64,000 nt of DNA, taken from Bacteroidales bacterium (lineage in GTDB: Bacteria > Bacteroidota > Bacteroidia > Bacteroidales > UBA12077). Position numbers and translations under genes: made by a program. The DNA lies in contig JAZBOG010000003.1 of assembly GCA_036351015.1 (NCBI GenBank), positions 257,102-321,101 on the forward strand. The letters run 5' to 3'. Each line of letters starts with the position of its first letter. Within the stretch, counting starts at the first letter, position 1. Shown in pieces: positions 57,305-64,000 of this stretch. Under the pieces are notes generated by a model, which had not been told where the DNA came from, did no database searches, and saw only the letters and a program-made list of their open reading frames with translations.

Positions 57305-58399
57305 ATGGATATCAATACAACTTTCTGGTTTTTTGAGAGAATCAAAGAAGATAATTTATGTATGCTGTATAGTGGCAATTTCAGCGATGAAATTACCAAT
57401 AAGCTTATTGAGCTTAGCGAATACAACATCAATAATATCGATTCTCTTTCAAAAATGAAGAAAAAAGCATCGTTCTTGATGGCAGAGTGCTTTCAGAACA
57501 TTGTACGGCATGGGGAAAAAATAACCGAAGAACACAATGATGGTTTTTTTCTTACCAAAAACTGGGGTGGTGTGTATTACATTACATCTGGCAACCTGAT
57601 CGAAAAAAACAAAATCAAGAACCTGGAGAGCCAGCTAAAGACAGTTAACAGTCTTACCAAAGAAGAGCTGAAGATTTTATACCGTGAAGTATTGGAAAAT
57701 AACGAGATCTCCGATAAAGGAGGAGCCGGGTTAGGTTTGATTGAGATGGCCCGAAAATCGGGTCAAAAACTCGATTACCTGTTCGAAAACAAGAATAATA
57801 AATTCTTCTATTTCTACAATCAAATCATGCTTAAATCGGATATGGACGAATTCAATACGATGGTTAGCGATTTTCCCCTGACAGATTCTATCAGCTATCA
57901 CAAAAAAATGGTTAACGAAGATGTGATGCTCATCCATAAAGGTGATTTTTCACAGGATTCAATTTTTCCCGTGTTAAAAATTATTGAAGAAAACCTGCGA
58001 AAAGAATTTAAGGACTCTACCCAAAAAAAGAAGATTTTTCATATCCTGGTAGAGCTTTTACAAAACATTAGCAAACATTGTTTTAAGATAAATCACAAGA
58101 AGGAGGGTATTTTTTTAATTGGAAACAGTAATTCAAACTTTGTAATCAATACAGGAAACCTGATAGAGAATAAAAGCATTGAGAAATTCACAAAACTACT
58201 CGACGAAATTAACAGCTTAAACCGAAAAGAACTTAAAAATCTATACCTGAGCAAGCTCAGAGACCGGAACCTGCCAAGCAACGGAGGAGCAGGAATTGGT
58301 CTGATTGATATTGCTCGGAGAATAATTTCTCCATTAAATTATTCTTTTCACCGGCTGGATGATGAAAAATCATTTTTTACCATTAATGTAATTGCTTAA
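57305..58399 (+). CDS. SiaB-like (GHKL/anti-sigma-kinase fold) protein with the domain duplicated in tandem
   Basis: The two halves share LMAECFQNIVRHG / LVELLQNISKHC, GNLIEKNKI / GNLIENKSI, NSLTKEELKILY / NSLNRKELKNLY and GGAGLGLIEMARKSG / GGAGIGLIDIARR. The ATG at 57305 is preferred over the listed TTG. Confidence 0.6.
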   Translation: MDINTTFWFFERIKEDNLCMLYSGNFSDEITNKLIELSEYNINNIDSLSKMKKKASFLMAECFQNIVRHGEKITEEHNDGFFLTKNWGGVYYITSGNLIEKNKIKNLESQLKTVNSLTKEELKILYREVLENNEISDKGGAGLGLIEMARKSGQKLDYLFENKNNKFFYFYNQIMLKSDMDEFNTMVSDFPLTDSISYHKKMVNEDVMLIHKGDFSQDSIFPVLKIIEENLRKEFKDSTQKKKIFHILVELLQNISKHCFKINHKKEGIFLIGNSNSNFVINTGNLIENKSIEKFTKLLDEINSLNRKELKNLYLSKLRDRNLPSNGGAGIGLIDIARRIISPLNYSFHRLDDEKSFFTINVIA

Positions 58400-58401
58400 T
58401 T

Positions 58402-58779
58402 ATGCTTCAGACTTTTGAATCAGCAGAAACCCGGGATAAACCGTATATTATTTTTGATCCCCTAAATAACCACTTCGAGATCAGGGGGAACTCATTACCC
58501 GAAGATACTACCTTATTTTACCAACCGGTTATTGAATGGATTATAGAATATGCAAAAGATCCAAACCAGGTAACTCACCTGGTATGCAGTCTCGATTATT
58601 TTAATTCTTCATCGGCTAAAATGCTTTATGAACTGTTTATCGAGCTGGAAAAAATTAAAGATACCGGTAAAGAGGTAAAGGTAACCTGGGGTTATGATCC
58701 GGATGATCATTTAATTGAAGAAAAAGGGTTGGAATTTAAATCCATCCTTGAAATACCTTTCGAAGTACTGGAAAAATAA
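58402..58779 (+). CDS. DUF1987 (SiaC-like) protein
   Basis: The 125-aa protein contains FEIRGNSLPEDTTLFYQPVIEWI and LDYFNSSSAKMLYELF, the DUF1987 signature. Its start lies 2 nt after the SiaB-like stop. Confidence 0.65.
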   Translation: MLQTFESAETRDKPYIIFDPLNNHFEIRGNSLPEDTTLFYQPVIEWIIEYAKDPNQVTHLVCSLDYFNSSSAKMLYELFIELEKIKDTGKEVKVTWGYDPDDHLIEEKGLEFKSILEIPFEVLEK

Positions 58780-59107
58780 AACCGTCACTTTATTTACAGA
58801 ATACAAAAATCGTTGGCCAACAAAACAGATAACTGCTTCCGGAATTGCACTTATGATTATACCTTTCCAGGAAGGGCTCGATAGGCCTTATAACCAGGCA
58901 CTCACCTTATCTGCCTGACAGACTGAAATGACGGTAAAAATTGCATAAAGGATAAAAAATACTGTCAAAATCATCAGCAAAACATATCCATTTTCGGGAT
59001 TTCTTTTAATTCACCAGTAACATTTCCTGTGAAAAAAAAATTATTGAATTAAAATCTAAAGAACACTAATTATTGCGATCCTTACGCAGAAACTCTACCT
59101 TTACCCG

Positions 59108-59812
59108 ATGAATTATTCTCAACAAGGCACAAATCAGGCAAAAATAATTTTCCAGGATCAACACCTGGTGGTTTGTAATAAACCGGTCAATCTGCCGGTA
59201 CACAAAAACGACTTTATGCCTCATGATGCACCCTATCTGACGAAACAGATCGGACAATTGCTGGGAAAAAGTGTATACAATGTGCACCGGCTGGATGCTA
59301 AAACTTCCGGATTGATTGTACTGACATTCCATCCCGAAACTGCAAAACATTTAACCCTGCAGTTTGAGCGAAAAGAGGTAGAAAAAAAATACTATGCCCT
59401 GGTTAAGGGCAACCCTGAATCAGGAACTTTTACTGAAAATGTTTTCATCAAAAAACGAGGAAAGAAGAAACCGGCAATTACTCATTTCAAAACCATTGAA
59501 TCGATAAAAACCAATATTTGTTATAAAGAATTTAAAGATATTGAACTCGGTCTGGTAGAAATTAATTTAGAAACCGGCCGGTGGCATCAGATACGCCAGC
59601 ATTTTGCCATGCACCGGTTTGATATTTTGGGTGATACCCATCATGGGGACTGGACATTAAACAGGATAATTACCGAAAAGACAGGAATAAAACGCCTGTT
59701 TTTACATGCTGCACATTTAACATTTACTCATCCCGTAAATCAGCGTAGAATGAATTTCGATCACCCTATTCCTGCTGAATTTCAAGATGTTTTACAAACT
59801 TTTAAAGTTTAG
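59108..59812 (+). CDS. RluA-family pseudouridine synthase (TruC-like)
   Basis: The protein contains IIFQDQHLVVCNKPVNLPVH, the catalytic HRLDAKTSGLIVL, and GRWHQIRQHFA. Confidence 0.8.
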   Translation: MNYSQQGTNQAKIIFQDQHLVVCNKPVNLPVHKNDFMPHDAPYLTKQIGQLLGKSVYNVHRLDAKTSGLIVLTFHPETAKHLTLQFERKEVEKKYYALVKGNPESGTFTENVFIKKRGKKKPAITHFKTIESIKTNICYKEFKDIELGLVEINLETGRWHQIRQHFAMHRFDILGDTHHGDWTLNRIITEKTGIKRLFLHAAHLTFTHPVNQRRMNFDHPIPAEFQDVLQTFKV

Positions 59813-60005
59813 CTTCCAATACTTTTTTAACCCTTCCTATCTCACCGGTGGTTAACCTGATTTTTATCCCATACGGATGGGTTGCCGAGTGGGTTAGGAT
59901 ATCCTTAACTACTCCTTTGGTTAGTTTGCCTGTTCGTTGGTCTTTTTTTTGGACAATAAACACTTCCATCCCAGGCTTTATGTTATTTCTTATGGTGCCC
60001 CTCAT
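59802..60005 (-). CDS. YwbE-family small protein (DUF2196)
   Basis: The 67-aa protein contains RNNIKPGMEVFIVQKKDQRTGKLTKGVVKDILT.S..HP.GIKI.L..G.IGRV. Confidence 0.7.
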   Translation of the reverse strand: MRGTIRNNIKPGMEVFIVQKKDQRTGKLTKGVVKDILTHSATHPYGIKIRLTTGEIGRVKKVLEAKL

Positions 60006-61048
60006 TATTTCTCTTCATTAAAAAAAACCTGATAATAATGCATTCCCGTTTTATCGTCATATCCCCGGGTAATGTATTCACGATTACCATGAACATAAAT
60101 ATGAAAATTTTTATCCAGTTTGATCACGCTTTTATAAACCCTGGCGTTCTTTTTCACTGCACTCCCCGAGATCTGGAACTGGTCAGAGATTTGCACCTCA
60201 TGCTCCGTTTCATAGGCTTTCTTGTAGTTATTAAAACTGTCTATCAGGTTTTTATCTTCAAAAACTTTTTCAGAAAAATCTTCCAGCTGAAAATTATCGG
60301 TTTCTTTAAAAAACTTCTTCGACCGATTGATTAAATCCACCTGATCTGCTTTTTCCACTTCATATTCTCCGGGCAGTTCCTTGATAACAAAGTCTTTATA
60401 CATCTTCATCACATTTTCTGTATGAAAATATTCATCTTCACGTTGCCTGATCTTTAGAAAGTCATCCAACCAAAAGCGGGCATCCTCTCCTTTATTTATT
60501 TTGTCAACCGTAGCAACCACAAAACCATCCTCCCGTTCGGTATTCAAAATCAAACACCCTTTATCGAGTTTTCTAATATCGATCCCCTGTTCGCGTTCAA
60601 TAGTAAAATTATCTTCGGCAGGATAAACTTTTAAAAAAGTATCGCGGTTTTCGGATTTAAATAAACCTACCGCATTAACCGGCTCATTATTTAAAGAAAG
60701 GTTTTTGAAATAAACGGTATAAAACTCTCCACCTTTTATATTGGGGTGGTTAGATTTTTCGTAAAGATGCCGGGCTAAATTTACCGATTGTTCTAAAATT
60801 TGTCCGGGATCATCAAAAATTTTTGAAACGTAATGGTAAACTTCATTTAACTGTAAATCCGAATCATGGTAAAACCGGAAATACTCATCGGATTTAAAGG
60901 GAGTTAAAAAATACCGGGATAACAATTCTTTAATCTCCTCATCAGGACTTAAGATTTCTTTTGAACAACGGATATTTTCATTGTTATACTTATTTCCCAC
61001 TTTATGAACGGCGATCAGCTGCAAAATGGTTTCAGAAAATCCTAACAT
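60005..61048 (-). CDS. nucleoid-associated protein (NdpA/YejK-like family)
   Basis: The 347-aa protein has an N-terminal LIAVHKVGNK pattern and the general 37-kDa nucleoid-associated layout. The assignment rests on recognition only. Confidence 0.6.
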   Translation of the reverse strand: MLGFSETILQLIAVHKVGNKYNNENIRCSKEILSPDEEIKELLSRYFLTPFKSDEYFRFYHDSDLQLNEVYHYVSKIFDDPGQILEQSVNLARHLYEKSNHPNIKGGEFYTVYFKNLSLNNEPVNAVGLFKSENRDTFLKVYPAEDNFTIEREQGIDIRKLDKGCLILNTEREDGFVVATVDKINKGEDARFWLDDFLKIRQREDEYFHTENVMKMYKDFVIKELPGEYEVEKADQVDLINRSKKFFKETDNFQLEDFSEKVFEDKNLIDSFNNYKKAYETEHEVQISDQFQISGSAVKKNARVYKSVIKLDKNFHIYVHGNREYITRGYDDKTGMHYYQVFFNEEK

Positions 61049-61087
61049 ATTTTTTTGTTTTGGTTAGAAAGTGTAAATATATGCTAT

Positions 61088-61126
61088 TAAAACAAATATC
61101 CCCGGGCAACCACACCCGGGGATATT
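61088..61126 (-). terminator. rho-independent terminator after the LysE-family gene
   Basis: AATATCCCCGGG-(8-nt loop)-CCCGGGGATATT forms a 12-bp stem. On the minus strand it is followed by TTGTTTT. Confidence 0.65.
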
Positions 61127-61212
61127 CTAAATTATAATTCAAAAAGATGAATAATAATCTCCTGCAAAGTTACTCATTTATTTTCGAATTGTTACTGGTA
61201 AAATATTTAAAA

Positions 61213-61854
61213 TTAAAAAACGAATGCTGTATTTATAATATTCAAAAACAGCAATCCATCTTTTAGTAAGATGAGAGCAAAAAAGAATAAAACAAACCCC
61301 AGGATTTTAACCACAACAATGTATGAATTTTCAGAAAGAATATTTTTAGACTGATCAGAAATATAAGCAATCACTACCTTCGTTCCGATAATAGAGATAT
61401 AAAATCCTATAACAAACAGTACTGCAGAAAAAACATGTTCATGATAAGCTTTCATCGATAGTGGAGCACCGACCAGCATCCAGAACAAATAGGGATGTGG
61501 GCTTAATAAATTAACTACCACCCCTTTTCTAAATCCATTGATTGTTTCATTTTTCCGGCTAAGGCGAATTGATTTCATCCGGATATTTTCAAAGGCTAAA
61601 TAAATAAGAAAAAGAGCGCCCAGCAAAGAGATCATTCCCAGGATAAAATCGGAGCCAGAAACCTGATATATGATAAAAACAGAAAATAATACGATGGGCA
61701 CATCGGAAAGTAAAGGAACAAAAGCCATTTTTATTCCCGCTTTACGATTATGCTTTAGCGTTTCTGTGATAACCAATACCAATAAAGGTCCTGGGGATAT
61801 TCCCGCAGCAAATCCCAGGGCAATCCCGGTCATTAAATATTCAATCTTATCCAT
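61213..61854 (-). CDS. LysE-family amino-acid exporter
   Basis: The protein begins MDKIEYLMTGIALGFAAGISPGPLLVLVITETL and has six TM segments. The longer listed start would overlap the divergent ABC permease gene. Confidence 0.8.
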   Translation of the reverse strand: MDKIEYLMTGIALGFAAGISPGPLLVLVITETLKHNRKAGIKMAFVPLLSDVPIVLFSVFIIYQVSGSDFILGMISLLGALFLIYLAFENIRMKSIRLSRKNETINGFRKGVVVNLLSPHPYLFWMLVGAPLSMKAYHEHVFSAVLFVIGFYISIIGTKVVIAYISDQSKNILSENSYIVVVKILGFVLFFFALILLKDGLLFLNIINTAFVF

Positions 61855-61908
61855 TATGCAGCAAAAATATGAACTTATCGTCATTTCTATGGATAAATAA
61901 AGATTTAA

Positions 61909-64000
61909 ATGATGCTGATCAATTACATAAAAAGTGCTATACGCCATTTTACAAGAGACAAACTATATTCTTCGATCAATATCCTGGGGCTGGCCCTGGG
62001 AATAGCCAGTTGTATAATCTGTTACCTGCATATTAACTATGAGCTGAGCTACGATCAGTTTCACAGCAAAAAAAACCAGATTTACCGGGTGGTGAAGGGA
62101 AACCTGGAAACAGGACAATTTTGGGCAGCAATGTCCGCTCGGGTTCCTCCAAAATTAAAACAGGAATTCCCGGAGGTTAGGGAATATGCACGCCTGGGGA
62201 AATTTAGCTGGGATCCCAAAACAATGATAAAGTATGATAACAAAGCATTTTACGAAGACCATTTTTTACTGGCAGACCCCTCTTTTTTCAAACTATTTGA
62301 TTTTAAATTTATTGAAGGCAATCCGGAAACTGCTCTTTCGTCAGTGAACTCGGTAGTAATTACCCAATCCAATGCAAAAAAATATTTTGGTGACAAAAAT
62401 CCAATAGGAAAAGTAATAAATGCTGACGGAAAATTCGATTATCAGATTTCAGGTGTTATCGAAGATCCTCCCTTTAACTCTCACCTGGATTTCGATTTTT
62501 TAATCTCTTTCGAAAACCTGGACTTAATCTATTGGAAAAGGGCTTCTGAATCCTGGGGGGCTTTCAATTACCATGCTTATCTTTTAGTAGAAAAAGCGAC
62601 AAACATCAACGAACTCAGCCATAAAATAAAATCGATTAATTTTACCTTAGACAATGAAAAAGAGATATCCTTTCAAGATGTCAGTTTACAACCATTATCA
62701 GATATTCATTTCATGCAAAGCCGGGGAAACCAAAAACCGGCCTATGATTTAAACTACATCTATATTTTTATTGCCATTGCTATTGCAGTATTAATCATTG
62801 CAAGTATAAACTTCATTAACCTTACCACCGCCAAATCGCAACAAAGAATAAAAGAAACCGGAGTAAGAAAAACCATTGGAGCTTCAAGGAAGCAACTCAT
62901 CCTTCAGTTCATCACGGAATCTATCGTCACCAGTTTTTTTGCACTTCTCGTGGCATTAATTTTATTACACCTGCTGCTTCCATCCATCAACCAGATTCTT
63001 GAAAATAAAATTGACATCAATTACAGTAATCCAGGTTTTCTGCTCTCCCTGACCTTAATCACAGTTTTTATTGGTTTGTTATCAGGAAGCTACATTGCCT
63101 TTTACATCACTTCATTCTCTCCGGTTAAGGTATTGAAGGGAAAAATCAAAGTGAATTCGGGAGATATTACTTTACGAAAAGCTTTATTAATCTTTCAATT
63201 TGGAATCTCATCAATACTAATTGTTTGCAGTATAATTATTGTACGTCAGTTAAATATGATTCATAACCAGGATATCGGCATTAAAAAAGAAAATGTTTTA
63301 AATCTATCGGTGTATGGAAAGGAAGCTCAAAGTAAAATCAGTTTATTTAAACAAGAGGTTCAAAAAATACCTGAAGTAATTAGTGCTGCAGCTTCATCAT
63401 TTGTTCCGGGATATCCAAACTATAATCAAACTGTTTGGTGGGAAGGTCAGGAAAAGAGTGAACAAATGTACTTAATACCGTGTGATGAAAATTTTATACA
63501 AACCATGAATTTAGAGTTAACGGAAGGGAAATTGGATGAAATTCAAAATATTCCTGAAGATGAATATACTTATGTTTTAAATCAGGCAGCGCTTAAATTT
63601 ATGGGCTGGGAAAGAGGATACAGGAAACAATTCAGTGCTTATGGAAAAAATAATGCCAAAACCATTGCCGGTGTTGTAAAAGATTTTAATTACCGCTCAT
63701 TGCATTTCGGTGTCGAGCCGTTAGCTTTGATTATAAGCAACAGATCCGGACACGATCAAATATCTATCCGAATAGCGGCAGGGCAATATAAACCTGCGAT
63801 CCCAAAAATCAAGAAAAAATTTAACGAGATTATGCCCAGTACTCCCTTCGAATACAAATTTTTAGACGACCAGTTTGAACAACTATATAAATCAGAACTC
63901 AGGGCGGGAAAAATTATAAGTTTCCTAACCATTATATCTATTCTTATAGCGCTGTTTGGTGTTTATGGCCTGGCATCATTTGCCATAAAAGAACGAACCA
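61909..64000 (+). CDS. MacB-like ABC transporter permease with FtsX domains, 3' end outside the window
   Basis: This ORF is not in the ORF track because no stop is reached. I translated it by hand: MMLINYIKSAIRHFTRDKLYSSINILGLALGIASC...RKTIGASRKQLILQFITESI...LTIISILIALFGVYGLASFAIKERT. The frame is open to base 64000. Confidence 0.8.
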   Translation, partial: MMLINYIKSAIRHFTRDKLYSSINILGLALGIASCIICYLHINYELSYDQFHSKKNQIYRVVKGNLETGQFWAAMSARVPPKLKQEFPEVREYARLGKFSWDPKTMIKYDNKAFYEDHFLLADPSFFKLFDFKFIEGNPETALSSVNSVVITQSNAKKYFGDKNPIGKVINADGKFDYQISGVIEDPPFNSHLDFDFLISFENLDLIYWKRASESWGAFNYHAYLLVEKATNINELSHKIKSINFTLDNEKEISFQDVSLQPLSDIHFMQSRGNQKPAYDLNYIYIFIAIAIAVLIIASINFINLTTAKSQQRIKETGVRKTIGASRKQLILQFITESIVTSFFALLVALILLHLLLPSINQILENKIDINYSNPGFLLSLTLITVFIGLLSGSYIAFYITSFSPVKVLKGKIKVNSGDITLRKALLIFQFGISSILIVCSIIIVRQLNMIHNQDIGIKKENVLNLSVYGKEAQSKISLFKQEVQKIPEVISAAASSFVPGYPNYNQTVWWEGQEKSEQMYLIPCDENFIQTMNLELTEGKLDEIQNIPEDEYTYVLNQAALKFMGWERGYRKQFSAYGKNNAKTIAGVVKDFNYRSLHFGVEPLALIISNRSGHDQISIRIAAGQYKPAIPKIKKKFNEIMPSTPFEYKFLDDQFEQLYKSELRAGKIISFLTIISILIALFGVYGLASFAIKERT

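Noticed and set aside
58780-59107. The 328-bp non-coding gap after the SiaC-like gene, with small ORFs (58715-58918 +, 59066-59350 -)
   Set aside because: The ORFs overlap neighbouring genes or lack features. I noticed no repeat or strong structure, so this is probably a promoter or terminator region for the flanking genes.
1-64000. A search for tRNA, rRNA, transposase, integrase, phage or defence-system genes
   Set aside because: I recognised none. There is no GTTCGAATC-type T-arm in an intergenic context, no DDE or tyrosine-recombinase motifs, and the intergenic regions are short apart from those discussed above.

Overview
This window looks like a chromosomal segment of a Bacteroidota-type genome. 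The evidence is a T9SS C-terminal sorting-domain cargo protein, TAnnTTTG -7 promoter boxes, and the DUF2723, YfhO and FtsX-DUF3098-UppP-TruB-QueA gene context. I count about 55 protein-coding genes. I saw no rRNA, tRNA, CRISPR array, transposase or integrase. Most genes are housekeeping (purD, class I and class II fumarases, rplM-rpsI-rpsB-tsf, queA, truB, uppP, ftsX, glyQS, nadB, lpxK, purine nucleoside phosphorylase) or envelope and polysaccharide functions (GT4 enzymes, flippase, O-antigen-ligase-like protein, sulfotransferase, deacetylases). The main finding is a lasso-peptide (RiPP) pathway that appears split into two loci about 44 kb apart on opposite strands. Locus A (7358-10357, minus strand) encodes an HPr-kinase-like kinase, a PAPS-type sulfotransferase, a PqqD-like B1, a transglutaminase-like B2 and a 51-aa candidate precursor, but no cyclase. 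The precursor has a WxxPxL leader motif, Thr at -2, and core GGNGLDPTEDYIYES. Locus B (52913-57188, plus strand) encodes an MFS transporter, an asparagine-synthetase-like lasso cyclase lacking the N-terminal Cys, and a PF14907-like nucleotidyltransferase, followed by a SiaB/SiaC-like pair. Secondary observations are: a four-helix-bundle (23S IVS/Avd-like) gene flanked by inverted short-tandem-repeat arrays; a nitroreductase gene interrupted by one in-frame TAG; a duplicated ~120-bp element between the two fumarase genes; a chromosomal Tet(M/O/Q)-like ribosomal protection GTPase; and a compositionally mosaic 1277-aa SprB-repeat T9SS protein. All functional calls come from motif and family recognition by eye; no database search was possible.
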